Shown piece after piece: positions 37,252 through 46,823 of a stretch of DNA of 64,000 nucleotides. A program made the position numbers and the translations under genes. Source of the DNA: a virus. The stretch's first letter is position 1; every line of letters starts with the position of its first letter. The stretch spans positions 27,888-91,887 of IMG/VR virus record IMGVR_UViG_3300036781_000821. One strand, written 5' to 3'. A model generated the notes under the pieces. The model was given only the letters and a program-made list of their open reading frames with translations, did not search any database and was not told where the DNA came from.

Positions 37252-38088
37252 ATGACGCGCGCTTGGCTTTCTATCACGACCCTCGAGAATTGGCGCGCGT
37301 GCCAAGCGAGTATGACTTGGGGCGTCAGGGAGAGTGGCGTCTACATGGCCCAGCAGGTCTGGCAGGCTAGCGTAGGCGATAGGCTTTTCGTGTATGTGAC
37401 AAAGAATGGACTGGTTGGCTACGTTGATATCGAATCGGATGTCTTCACGAGCAATGACAGAATTTGGAATGACGACATCTATCCTGTTCGTATCAGATTT
37501 CAAGTCGGTAAGGTCCTTGATTCCCGTAGCGTGATTCCTTTCTCGGAGTTGAAGGGGAAGATCCGCAACGGCGAATCCCACAGTATCATTGCCGATGGAG
37601 CACACTTGTATGGAAAGTCGATGATCCCAATCTCGACAGCCGATGCCGAGCTGCTCTTCAATCTGGTGGAGCGAGGTTTGCCCGCGCCGGGTTGGGAACC
37701 TCCCGAGCAGGTTCCCGCGAAACCACGCGGCGGTGGGCCGATACTCGAAGCGAATCTGGCGAACATCCTTGAGGCGCGTCCGGATGATCTGGAACCAGGG
37801 CTGACCTTGGTGGGGAGAGAGTTTGTTACAGATGTTGGACGGATTGATCTTCTCTACACGGACCGTCAAGGAAACCTTGTCGTCGTGGAACTCAAACGCG
37901 GAAAGCCCACGAATAGCGTGATTGACCAGATCGCGCGGTACATGGGCTGGGTGAAGACGCGATATGCAAAAGAAGATCAAGTCGTCAGGGGTATCATCGT
38001 GGTCGCGAAGAAAGACTTGGCGATTGAATACGCTGCCCACGCGATCCCAAACCTGAGCGTCAGGGAATTTTCTCTCGATATCAAGTAG
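37252..38088 (+). CDS. EVE (PUA-like) domain fused to NucS-like PD-(D/E)xK endonuclease
   Basis: ENW...WGV...VGDRLFVY...IW.DDIYPVR; C-terminal GRIDLL...LVVVELKR...QIARYMG. Confidence 0.8.
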   Translation: MTRAWLSITTLENWRACQASMTWGVRESGVYMAQQVWQASVGDRLFVYVTKNGLVGYVDIESDVFTSNDRIWNDDIYPVRIRFQVGKVLDSRSVIPFSELKGKIRNGESHSIIADGAHLYGKSMIPISTADAELLFNLVERGLPAPGWEPPEQVPAKPRGGGPILEANLANILEARPDDLEPGLTLVGREFVTDVGRIDLLYTDRQGNLVVVELKRGKPTNSVIDQIARYMGWVKTRYAKEDQVVRGIIVVAKKDLAIEYAAHAIPNLSVREFSLDIK

Positions 38089-38095
38089 CAGCTTG

Positions 38096-38200
38096 CCGCT
38101 GTGTTGTACCCGCTTTGTGCGGCCGCGATGCTCGCGCGTGCGGCGTGTTCGTTCATGATGGTGATAGCGTTGCGGCGTAGGGCTTGGAAAGTGACGCCAT
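38096..38200 (-). pseudogene. Remnant of tyrosine integrase C-terminus
   Basis: Translates GVTFQALRRNAITIMNEHAARASIAAAQSGYN, versus GVTFQALRRTAVTLLNANGADATIVAAQCGHT in the integrase at 39905. Confidence 0.8.
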
Positions 38201-38263
38201 CATCTTAAGCTGGTCCTGTGTTGGCTTGAGATAGCATCGCAGTTGGTCCCGTGCGTGCGCGGC

Positions 38264-39370
38264 TTAGTACAGGTATTCGACGGTTGTGAACAGGGTGCGG
38301 AAGAGCGCTCGCTGCACGTCATCGAAGCGATTGTAGATTGTCGGTGCCGTCCCGGTGTTGTGTGCGCCATAGTTGCGGATGCCGTACGCGAGGGCGATGT
38401 CGCATTGCAGCCGGTTGAGGGCTTTCCCCGGTATCGTGAGCGCGCCGTCGAGCGCCTCGCGCAGGGTCGTGTCGAAGTCCTGCTGGAAGGCGTCGTTGAC
38501 AGCTCGGAGCTCCTGGTTCGTGAGCGGTGCGCCTGCCGCGTTGAGGAGGTGTTCCGCATGGTGGATGAACTTCCAGCGCGCAGGATTCTTGAAATGGATT
38601 GATGCGTCGATGACGAGGGCGATGTCGAAGAGGAGGTTGAGTTCGACCTGTCCCGCGAACGCGTTGCTTCTCGTGTGCGCTGGTGCGTCCGTGACGTTCA
38701 TGATTCTGGCGAGGGTGTACGTGAAGAGGAAGAGGGTGTCGATGCTCGGTGGGTTGGTCAAGAATTTCTGTCGGAGATCCGCGAGCGTGAGGTTCCTCGC
38801 GTGCGTGTTGTTGTAGTTGTTGAGGAGTTGCTCGACGTACTGTGCTTGGTGGACGACCCATGCCCGGAATGCTTGGTCGAGGTTGGTGTCGTCAAGGCTG
38901 ACGAGGGCGTATCCAGGCGTGGCTGGGTTCTGTTGGCCTGAGGTGTCGACGTCTTCTTGGAGTGCTTTGTGGCTGATGAGGTAGCCGCGGTCCATGTCGC
39001 GTCGCATGATCGCGGTCATCGCCCAGAAGTAGTACGGTGTGCCTTTGTGGAGGCGCTGGCCGGGATGCGTTTGCTCCCAGGCGAGTGCGGGCTGGAGCGC
39101 TTGTTCCCAGACGCGCTCTCCGTCGACGTAGAGCTGTCCGGCCATCATGCGCTGCCAGAGCGAGATGAAATTGTTGAAGTAATCGTTATGCGCTGCGGGA
39201 TCAGCGGGGTGCTGGTCAAAGTAGTCGCGTGCGGCCGTGTCGAGCTCCGCCCACGGGAGCGCTTGGCCAGTGAAGTACGCGTGGTAGAACTGCTCGAAGA
39301 GGGGCTCGACGGGCGGACCGAGCACGGTCAGGACAACCTGTTCTCCGGCGATGATCGCGAGACGCTGCAA
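38264..39370 (-). CDS. Helical protein with C-terminal HEPN-like motif
   Basis: 368 aa; RNYGAH near the C-terminus; start uncertain. Confidence 0.6.
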   Translation of the reverse strand: MQRLAIIAGEQVVLTVLGPPVEPLFEQFYHAYFTGQALPWAELDTAARDYFDQHPADPAAHNDYFNNFISLWQRMMAGQLYVDGERVWEQALQPALAWEQTHPGQRLHKGTPYYFWAMTAIMRRDMDRGYLISHKALQEDVDTSGQQNPATPGYALVSLDDTNLDQAFRAWVVHQAQYVEQLLNNYNNTHARNLTLADLRQKFLTNPPSIDTLFLFTYTLARIMNVTDAPAHTRSNAFAGQVELNLLFDIALVIDASIHFKNPARWKFIHHAEHLLNAAGAPLTNQELRAVNDAFQQDFDTTLREALDGALTIPGKALNRLQCDIALAYGIRNYGAHNTGTAPTIYNRFDDVQRALFRTLFTTVEYLY

Positions 39371-39504
39371 CTGACGGTTCCTCCGGTGGCTGAGGTCTTT
39401 CAGCTCCCCCGCTATTGTAACGATTGGTCACGCTTAAATCTGTTTTGCAAGTGGCGGTCCTCGTCTCGGGGTTGAGAAACCATATAAAGCCGTACTCGTA
39501 AGCT

Positions 39505-39783
39505 ATGGTGATGGTGAAGAGCGATGCTTCGCGTTCGTACCGTGGAGATCGTATCGACTTGCTCACGGCCACCAATTACTGGGAAGTCTTGTTGTCGATT
39601 GTTGTGATTGTGGGTCTGATTTATGGCGCTGGGTATCTTGCCCTGGCGGCAATGGGTCCGTGCTACGCGATCATGTGCGATACGGGTCCGCTTATCTCTG
39701 GTGAAGCTCTTGCGATCTTGCTCATTTGGCTCTTCCGGCGTTGGAGAAGCAAGAACGGCAATGGATTGTTGAAAAAACAATAG
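39505..39783 (+). CDS. Small membrane protein
   Basis: 92 aa, two TMs. Confidence 0.4.
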   Translation: MVMVKSDASRSYRGDRIDLLTATNYWEVLLSIVVIVGLIYGAGYLALAAMGPCYAIMCDTGPLISGEALAILLIWLFRRWRSKNGNGLLKKQ

Positions 39784-39868
39784 CCTCCACGACTGCTCAT
39801 GGTCGGTCGGGAACGACTGGGGCCAGGGTAACAGTCCGCTCTACGCAACTAGTTTCGAGAAAAAGTGT

Positions 39869-39904
39869 GATCTCGCGTAGCGTCCTGATGCTGCCGGGTG
39901 TTCG
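39869..39904 (+). repeat. Direct repeat copy 2, abutting the integrase stop
   Basis: GATCTCGCgtAGcGTCCTGATGCTGCCGGGTGTTCG. Confidence 0.85.
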
Positions 39905-41011
39905 TTATTGGAGTGGTTCCTGTTTGGCGAGTGCGGTGGTGAGGTGGTCGATGGCTTCCTGTTGCCGTTTGATGCCGACTTTGTTGTAGACGTTTGTGCT
40001 GACGTCGACGGTGTGCCCGCATTGTGCTGCGACGATGGTTGCGTCCGCGCCGTTCGCGTTTAGCAGTGTGACGGCGGTGCGCCGGAGTGCTTGGAAGGTG
40101 ACGCCGTTGAGCTTGAGTTTGTCGAGTGTTGGTTTGAGGTAGCGTCGCCAGTAGTTCCCGTGCGATACGGGCTTGTTGCCGGGTTCGTTCGGGAAGACCC
40201 AGTTGTCCTCTTTGGCGTCGGGCGTTGTCTCGCGCCAGGCGGTGAAGTCTTCGCGGATGCTCGTGCTGATGGCGGCGGTGCGTACGCTGTGATGCGTCTT
40301 TGGGGTTTGGATGATGCCGCGGTAGATGCCGCGCGTGATGTGCAGCCCGTCGGGTTGGAGGTCGTGCCATTGGAGGCCGAGGATCTCGCCGGGGCGTAGC
40401 CCGCTGATGCCTGCGAGGCTGATGACTAGCTTCTCCCGGAGGGGGAGGGCTGCGAGGAGGGTGCGGAGTTCATCGAGGGACAAGACGCGTTTGTCTCGTT
40501 GATGGTTGCGTGTTGGCGCGTGCAGGAGTTCCGCAGGGTTGCGTTGCAGGAGTCCGTCGTTGACCGCCATGCGAAATATTTGTCGTAGGTCCCACCGGAG
40601 GTGTCCGACCGTGCTCGTGCTAAGCCCGGCGCTGGCTTTCCGGTCGAGGAAGTCCTGGAGGATGGTCCGGTTGAACGACGAGAGCGGTCGGTTCCCCTGC
40701 TCCTTGAGGAGGTGGTGGTCCACGCGGTCCTTCGTGGTCATCGCGGTGCTCGGTTTCCATTTGCGCTCGTACCAGGGGAAGACGACGTGTCGCGTGAACC
40801 CTTGGAGGCTGTACTCGACGAGGCCACGCGCTTCGTTCACGGGCTGTACAAGTTTGGTGAGCTCGGCTTCTGCGTCGGCCTTGGTCATCGTGGCGCAGTT
40901 CCCGAGTTTCTTCGAGCGGTGGTGACCGTCCTCCCACCATGCCCCGAGCCATGTCCAGACGCCCCCGCTCTTGCGCTTCCGTAGGCTCCCGTGTTGTGCT
41001 CTCGCGCTCAT
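39905..41011 (-). CDS. Tyrosine integrase
   Basis: SGLRPGE, TPKT, QALRRT, CGHT, NVY; real start MSARAQHGSL at 41011. Confidence 0.92.
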   Translation of the reverse strand: MSARAQHGSLRKRKSGGVWTWLGAWWEDGHHRSKKLGNCATMTKADAEAELTKLVQPVNEARGLVEYSLQGFTRHVVFPWYERKWKPSTAMTTKDRVDHHLLKEQGNRPLSSFNRTILQDFLDRKASAGLSTSTVGHLRWDLRQIFRMAVNDGLLQRNPAELLHAPTRNHQRDKRVLSLDELRTLLAALPLREKLVISLAGISGLRPGEILGLQWHDLQPDGLHITRGIYRGIIQTPKTHHSVRTAAISTSIREDFTAWRETTPDAKEDNWVFPNEPGNKPVSHGNYWRRYLKPTLDKLKLNGVTFQALRRTAVTLLNANGADATIVAAQCGHTVDVSTNVYNKVGIKRQQEAIDHLTTALAKQEPLQ

Positions 41012-41226
41012 GTGTGTGCTGCACGAACAACAATGCCTTGATCCTGTCGGGAAAGCCAATCGAAAAGCGTCTCGCGACGCACTAACACGCGTCGTCCGAG
41101 ACGTACTGCTGGGAGTCGTTCTGCGCTTGTGATGTGACCGTTGATGAGTTTGCTCACGTGGGCTTTGGAGACGCGCAGGAGTGTTGCGACTTCGTGGAGC
41201 GTGAGGAGGTTTGGCGTTTCGTTCAT
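41008..41226 (-). CDS. Excisionase-like HTH protein
   Basis: LLTLHEVATLLRVS...LPAVRLGRRVLV; coupled to the integrase. Confidence 0.85.
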   Translation of the reverse strand: MNETPNLLTLHEVATLLRVSKAHVSKLINGHITSAERLPAVRLGRRVLVRRETLFDWLSRQDQGIVVRAAHT

Positions 41227-43367
41227 TTGGTTGTGGTGAGTTCTTCGATGAGGTCGAGGACGTCGACGAGGATGAGGTGGTGTCGTGCGTCGTCGTCGAG
41301 GCTGTCGCCGAGGTCGATGATGAGGTCGCTGTTGCCTTCGAAGATGGCAAGGATCGTGCACGGGATGCCTGCGCTGGCATTCTTGTTCGCGTTGTTTGCG
41401 CCGGTGCGTGCGGGGTCGCTGACTTCGACTTCGAGGGCGACGACGCTGCCGACCGGGATGTCTTCGGTGGGGTGGCTGCGTGCGGCCTCACGTAGCGCCG
41501 TGAAGAACTGGTCGTTCTTCTCCGTTCGCGTGAAGAGGAGGTCGACGCTCTTGGTCCCGACCGTGACTTCGATGTCGCTTTCGGGGATGAGCTGGTGGAG
41601 TCGCTTGACGAGGTACCGGTGTTGTGCGCCATCACCGCCGCGCGTGCCCGGCGGTCGTTTGCTGCCGACTCGTTCGTATCCTGCGTCGGTCGCTTGGAGC
41701 GCGATGGCGCGACCGCCGGTCCGTCGGTGCGCGGTGATCGGCGTGGCCGTGAGGAGCTTGAGGCGGAGGAGCTGTCGTTTGGCGCGGTCGCCGATTTGTG
41801 CTTTGAGGTTGCAGGCTTCGTAGGATTTCTTGACGGTGGCGATGCTTGCGTTACAGACGTGCCGTAAAAGCGCTTCTTGAGCCGCGTTGAGCGCAATCTT
41901 TCGCGACGCGCTGGTCTCCGTCTCGCTCGGTGCTTCCTCCGTCGTCACGCTTGGCGAGAGCGGCGCTGGTGGGAGGAGGGCTTCGGCGCGGTCGCGTGCT
42001 GCCGCGAGTTCTTCCGTGGCCACTTCTTTGTTGCTTGTCGGTGCTGGGTACGTTGCGAGGAGTGGTTCGGGGTAGCGGTTCCCGAGTCGGAGGATGACCT
42101 GGCCGCGTTGGAGCTGGTGGTCGAGGCACTCGTGCTGTGCGGGCGTGAGGCGAAGTGTCCTGCGGAGTTCTTCGCTTTCTGTCCCGTCCGTTACGCGCAG
42201 GACTGCTTGGAGGTTGGTGTTTGCTCTGATGATCTGGTTTGCGCTGCGCCAGCTGGTGAGTGTGATGCCCCATCCGATGCCTGCTTCTCTGGTTGCGCCG
42301 TACGTGTGCGACAGGAGTGGTTCGCCGGTGATGTGGCGGGTGTTCGCGTCGAAGAGTTGGAGTGTTTCGTCGCCGACGACGAACGTGTGGAGCTCGTCCC
42401 TGATTCCTTGGCTTTGGTGGTACGTGTGGCGGAGTTCGGTCCAGAACGTGAAGAGAAATTCGTATGCGTGGAGTCGGCTCTTGCTGCCGAAGTATGCGGG
42501 TCGTGTCATGAGTGTTTGCATCGTGTGGCAGCGTGGCGTGGCGGCGGTTGCGATGCCGGGGAAGGTCGTGCAGAGGTCTCGGATTCGGGTGAGGGCGTTG
42601 AGTTGTGCGTCTCGGAATTGGTACGTGCTGCTTTTGCCGCCGAGCGCTTGGATTGCCTCGATGAGGTGATGCATGTTGGGGCCGTCGGGGTGTTTCGTGA
42701 CCGCGTCGTTGAGGGCGGCGGTGAGGATGTGGTGCATATGGAATCCGCCGTAGTACGCGTCGCAGAATTTGCGGACGAGGAGCGCGTGGTACGCTTCGCG
42801 GGAGAGAAACGCGGGGTGGATGAGGATGTTGAGCGGAATCGTGTCGTCGACGATGATCGTGTCTTGTTGTCGCGTGGCGCGCGCGAGCCAGTCGCGTTTT
42901 GGGTCGTAGTAGCAGACCTGTGTTTCCGGTGATGTGGTGTTGAGGTTGTTGAGGACGTGTTCGAGGAACGCGGTTTTTCCGCTGCCGGTGCTGCCGATGA
43001 CGGCGAGGTTGCTGCAGAGCTCGACGGGAGTGATGCCGACGGGTGCGTTATCGCGTTCTTGGTGGGCGAGGAGGACTGGTCCGTTGATGCGTTCGCGTGG
43101 CGCGATGTGGAATGGGTTGTCGACGAGTTCCTCCTCGTATTGTTTGAGCGCTCCGAGGACGCGTTGCATGCTGAGGTCGCGGAGTCGGCTGGGCCAGGAC
43201 GGTACTTGTTGGAGGAGTCGGTCGAGTCCGGGCACGCGGTGCACGAGGCGGTCTTTGGTGATGCGCGTGAGTGCGGTTTGGTATTGCTCCTCTAGAGTCG
43301 GAGGGTCCAGGCGATGGCGCGTTTGACGAGCGTGATGCGGTTCTTTCGTTGTTCGTTCTTCTTGCAT
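41223..43367 (-). CDS. HerA/VirD4-like ATPase with C-terminal wHTH and nuclease-like domain
   Basis: GSTGSGKT, YYDPKRD, VVGDE; C-terminal QHRYLV...SVDLLF...ALEVEVS. Start uncertain. Confidence 0.75.
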   Translation of the reverse strand: MQEERTTKEPHHARQTRHRLDPPTLEEQYQTALTRITKDRLVHRVPGLDRLLQQVPSWPSRLRDLSMQRVLGALKQYEEELVDNPFHIAPRERINGPVLLAHQERDNAPVGITPVELCSNLAVIGSTGSGKTAFLEHVLNNLNTTSPETQVCYYDPKRDWLARATRQQDTIIVDDTIPLNILIHPAFLSREAYHALLVRKFCDAYYGGFHMHHILTAALNDAVTKHPDGPNMHHLIEAIQALGGKSSTYQFRDAQLNALTRIRDLCTTFPGIATAATPRCHTMQTLMTRPAYFGSKSRLHAYEFLFTFWTELRHTYHQSQGIRDELHTFVVGDETLQLFDANTRHITGEPLLSHTYGATREAGIGWGITLTSWRSANQIIRANTNLQAVLRVTDGTESEELRRTLRLTPAQHECLDHQLQRGQVILRLGNRYPEPLLATYPAPTSNKEVATEELAAARDRAEALLPPAPLSPSVTTEEAPSETETSASRKIALNAAQEALLRHVCNASIATVKKSYEACNLKAQIGDRAKRQLLRLKLLTATPITAHRRTGGRAIALQATDAGYERVGSKRPPGTRGGDGAQHRYLVKRLHQLIPESDIEVTVGTKSVDLLFTRTEKNDQFFTALREAARSHPTEDIPVGSVVALEVEVSDPARTGANNANKNASAGIPCTILAIFEGNSDLIIDLGDSLDDDARHHLILVDVLDLIEELTTTK

Positions 43368-43675
43368 GGTTTGCACCTCGGTGGGGTTCCTGCGCAGTCC
43401 CGGCACAGGACGGTTTGGCAGGGTTCGCAGAAACTCGTTGCTTGCGGCGCGATGAGCGCGTGGCATTGCGTGCAGGTCGCGAGCTCGTGTGGTTTCACCC
43501 TGCGGCCGTCTGCGGTCTGGTACTGGTGTTCGCTGACGATGAGCGCGCGCTCGCCGGTCGCTGGGTCGACCGTCGTGGTTTCTGTTGCAACCGGCAGGAC
43601 GAGCACCGTCCCGTCGGGCCGGTGGATGTCCAGGCGTGTCCGGTGCTCTTGCTCGACGATCAGGTCGCGGCTCAT
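43292..43675 (-). CDS. Zinc-finger protein
   Basis: Four CxxC pairs. Confidence 0.6.
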   Translation of the reverse strand: MSRDLIVEQEHRTRLDIHRPDGTVLVLPVATETTTVDPATGERALIVSEHQYQTADGRRVKPHELATCTQCHALIAPQATSFCEPCQTVLCRDCAGTPPRCKPCKKNEQRKNRITLVKRAIAWTLRL

Positions 43676-44007
43676 GCTCCTCCCTTCGGTGTGGTCGTTC
43701 CGTTGGCTGTTTCTTCCGTGACGAGCCGTCGCGCGAGCGATCCGGTGATGATCCCGAGTCCTTCCGGGATGAGGAAGCGCGCGAAGCTCTCGGCGTTGCT
43801 CGGTGTCCCGAGGAGGATGATGCCGCCCACGATCAGGAGCACCAGCGCTTTCCGGTCGTTCAGCGCTGCTGCGGTGCTCGCCGCGAAGATGCTAAACGCG
43901 CCGGGTTGGAGGAGACGCATCGTGAAGTCCACGCCCGCCGGTCTCGGGAGGAGATTGGCGGCGTTCATGAGTGCGGTGAAGATGATGGCGTGCGCGAGCG
44001 GCTTCAT
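43672..44007 (-). CDS. Small multi-TM membrane protein
   Basis: 111 aa, hydrophobic, coupled on both sides. Confidence 0.6.
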   Translation of the reverse strand: MKPLAHAIIFTALMNAANLLPRPAGVDFTMRLLQPGAFSIFAASTAAALNDRKALVLLIVGGIILLGTPSNAESFARFLIPEGLGIITGSLARRLVTEETANGTTTPKGGA

Positions 44008-44816
44008 GCTGCTTCGCCGCCGCTCGGGAGTTGTGGCTGCTGTTGTTGGTAGATCGCGCGGAGTTGTTCGCGTTGGTCGATGAGGCGGAAGTCCTCGTGG
44101 CTTTTCGCGTCGATGCCTTCCCGGAGCGCGGCGATCCGGAGTTGGACGTCGTGGTGCTCGACCGTGAGCGTGGACGTGGTCTGTTCGAGCTCGTGCGTCT
44201 TCGTGAGCTGTTCGTCATACTTCGCAGCAGGCCAGCCGGGCAATAAGGTGACGAAGGCGAGAATGAGCGCTCCGGCGATGTCAATGGCGAGGTTGTTCGC
44301 TTCCGTCGTCCGGTTCGCGAGGCGTAGCACGATGAGGCTCGCCCCCGTCAGCAGGAAAATAGCGAGCAGAACGGGTGTGTGCCAGTCCCACTCGCTCCGT
44401 GGTTTGCGGAGGTTCTTGTACAAGCTGTCGATGATGTAGAACGATCCCGTCGTGTACAGGACCGCCGTGCTGAGAGCCGTGAAGAGCGGATAGCCAAGCT
44501 CCGTCGTGAAGATGTACGTGATCGTCCCGACCTCAAAACCGTAGAGTGCCGCGCGCTTCGCCTGCAAGAACAGCTTGCGCGGCTGCAACGCGAGGTCGCG
44601 CTGATACGTCGTGACCTGGATGCGCAACGAGCTCTCCATGCTCTCGGTCACGTAGAGTTCGCTCTGCGCTTTGTCGTCGGGAACGCGGAGGCGGTCCGGG
44701 AGACCCAGACCCACGCTCGTCAAGAAACTCTCCGGGTCGGGTGCGGTCGCGTTCTTGCCGGCGTCCGCGGCCTGTCGACGAAGACGCCAATCCTGTACGG
44801 GCTGTAAGAAACTCAT
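44004..44816 (-). CDS. Four-TM membrane protein with C-terminal coiled coil
   Basis: Start MSFLQPV at 44816 is coupled. Confidence 0.65.
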   Translation of the reverse strand: MSFLQPVQDWRLRRQAADAGKNATAPDPESFLTSVGLGLPDRLRVPDDKAQSELYVTESMESSLRIQVTTYQRDLALQPRKLFLQAKRAALYGFEVGTITYIFTTELGYPLFTALSTAVLYTTGSFYIIDSLYKNLRKPRSEWDWHTPVLLAIFLLTGASLIVLRLANRTTEANNLAIDIAGALILAFVTLLPGWPAAKYDEQLTKTHELEQTTSTLTVEHHDVQLRIAALREGIDAKSHEDFRLIDQREQLRAIYQQQQPQLPSGGEAA

Positions 44817-45655
44817 TTCGCTTGCTCCTTGTTGAGAAGTGCTGTTGCTTGCTCGCTCGTGAGAGTTCCCGTGGCGCTGGTGAACGTCGCGCCACTTTCC
44901 CTCACGGTCCTTGTCCAGAGGTCGAAGACTCTGTCGTGATGCGCAATCGTCGCCGGGCAACGCCGGTTGGCGACGGGGCGCAGTCCGGTTTGGATCGCGA
45001 TGATGGTGACGCTGCGCAACGATGCCGGGAGGAAGAGGCGAGCGCTCGTCAGGCGGGCCTTCCACGACGACGGGACGGGGTCGTCGCATTCGAGATCGCC
45101 GAGCTCAGCATGTTCGAGCAGGTCCGAGACGAGCATGATGACGCGACGCGATTCACCCGGTGCTGACTCTTGCGCAACGCGGACGACGCTGCTGAAGATC
45201 GGCGAGCGTTTGGGTGTGACGATGGCGAGGCTGTCGAAGGCCGCGAGGATGCGCCGCACTTCATTAGCTTCGTGGGCTTGGACTGCCGAGCGGCCCGACG
45301 CTTTCGGCGAAGTGATGACGATAGTTGCAGCGATGCTCGTACGGCTCGCGTCATCACCGACCAACCAGAACCGGACGATGCTTCCCGAATGCCCGCTGAC
45401 GACGGACGCGATGGCCGCAACGCTCGGACGGACCAGCGTCTTATCACTGCCGGGGCTGCCGGGACTCGCGTCGAGGAGGATATCGAGAACCTCAATGGAT
45501 GGCGGTGGCGTAGCAGTGAAGACTTGGATCTCTCGTCGGACAGCGGTCATGCTAGCGATGACGTGTTCTTTGCCTGCTTGCTCGGCGTCGGTCGGCGAAC
45601 ACGCGGTGAGCGACAGGGAGAGCGCGACGAGTACAGATGGGACTGCGTGCGTCAT
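44813..45655 (-). CDS. Lipoprotein, vWA-like
   Basis: LSLSLTA-C lipobox; ILLDAS and LVSDLLE MIDAS-like motifs; start at 45655. Confidence 0.65.
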   Translation of the reverse strand: MTHAVPSVLVALSLSLTACSPTDAEQAGKEHVIASMTAVRREIQVFTATPPPSIEVLDILLDASPGSPGSDKTLVRPSVAAIASVVSGHSGSIVRFWLVGDDASRTSIAATIVITSPKASGRSAVQAHEANEVRRILAAFDSLAIVTPKRSPIFSSVVRVAQESAPGESRRVIMLVSDLLEHAELGDLECDDPVPSSWKARLTSARLFLPASLRSVTIIAIQTGLRPVANRRCPATIAHHDRVFDLWTRTVRESGATFTSATGTLTSEQATALLNKEQAK

Positions 45656-46038
45656 CGCGCCCGTCCCTTGGCCCACGTCGCTTCTCGCACTTCCGCGAAG
45701 ACGATCTCGTCGGGCGGGAGTTCCGCGATGTACGCGGCGAGCGCGTAGGCCGTTTCGTCGAGACAGTGTTGGATGAGTGTGGGCAGCCCGACCTGTGTGG
45801 CGGCGGCGCTGCACGCCCGGACCTCTTGGCACAATTCAGTGACCGTGCAGTGGAAGCGTCGCCCCTCCACGCCGAACGTCGCACGCCACCGAGACCCAAC
45901 GGTGATGGTCAGGTGCGCTTCATCGGCTTGGACGCACCGATGGACGGTGATTCGCAGCCGGTTCTGGTCGTCGCTGAGCGTCAGGACCTTGCCGACGGAC
46001 ACCTTCCGCTCGGGAAAATCAACGATACGAAAACGCAT
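45652..46038 (-). CDS. Hypothetical protein
   Basis: MRFRIVDFPERK; TAATG-coupled. Confidence 0.55.
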   Translation of the reverse strand: MRFRIVDFPERKVSVGKVLTLSDDQNRLRITVHRCVQADEAHLTITVGSRWRATFGVEGRRFHCTVTELCQEVRACSAAATQVGLPTLIQHCLDETAYALAAYIAELPPDEIVFAEVREATWAKGRAR

Positions 46039-46682
46039 TAATGATTCCTCCTGGTGAATACTTGTTCGCAGCGTAGGCAGCGCGCGTTGAAGATGTCGCT
46101 TGCGACGCGGACTCGAACGGGACACGCGCAGACGTACAGGCGTAGGCGCGAGCCTGATCCTGTGCCGCGCGAGGTTCCACCCCGCGCGCCCCGCCCGCCG
46201 GGACACGAGCGAGTTGCGGCCTGTGGAAACGCTGGTTCGAAGTTTGGTCTCCCATCTTGGGGCGGTGGAATCGTTTGGACCTCACTCCAGAAGTGGTTGT
46301 CGAAATCCAGTGGATGGTATTGTTGGCCGGATGCAAGGGTGCGTCTTAGGCCCAACGACCGTGCAGCTCGCTTCCAACGCGATCCGTGACCGGCCAGCGG
46401 CCCCGCCAGGCAATGACCGAGTTCATGGAGTGTCGTCCCGATAAGTTGCACGAACGACTCCTCGCCTGCGGCACAGATCTCAATGAAGTCCAGGGATGCC
46501 TCCTGCTGCCAGGCTGCATAAAAGCAGGTGCCCCGCAAACCGGGCTGCCCTGAGCCGTAGGTCAACTTCGCCGCCAAGAGTCGCCGAGCGTCGTCTGCGT
46601 TTAAACGCAAAACACTCAATTCACGAACCGCTTTCAAGAACGTTTCATGGGTTAAATCGGAAACAAGATTGGTGGCTGCCAT
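46038..46682 (-). CDS. SprT-like zinc metallopeptidase with zinc ribbon
   Basis: TLHELGH...GHG..WK..A..LGL; CAC...CLRC. Confidence 0.75.
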   Translation of the reverse strand: MAATNLVSDLTHETFLKAVRELSVLRLNADDARRLLAAKLTYGSGQPGLRGTCFYAAWQQEASLDFIEICAAGEESFVQLIGTTLHELGHCLAGPLAGHGSRWKRAARSLGLRRTLASGQQYHPLDFDNHFWSEVQTIPPPQDGRPNFEPAFPQAATRSCPGGRGARGGTSRGTGSGSRLRLYVCACPVRVRVASDIFNARCLRCEQVFTRRNH

Positions 46683-46823
46683 AACGGCAGCATACGGGCG
46701 AAAGACGAGCGCGGGAGACGTAACAGAATTCTTTTACGAGCGCGCACAGCGTATCGCGCTGCAACAGCATGAGTTGTCGACGTGTCCTTGTTGGCAGAAG
46801 CTTTTGTCTGTGGTGCGATTCTT

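Noticed and set aside
39905-41896. 663-aa integrase as given in the ORF track
   Set aside because: The N-terminal ~295 aa are an S/R/T-rich alternate frame of the ATPase and xis genes; the coupled start is at 41011.
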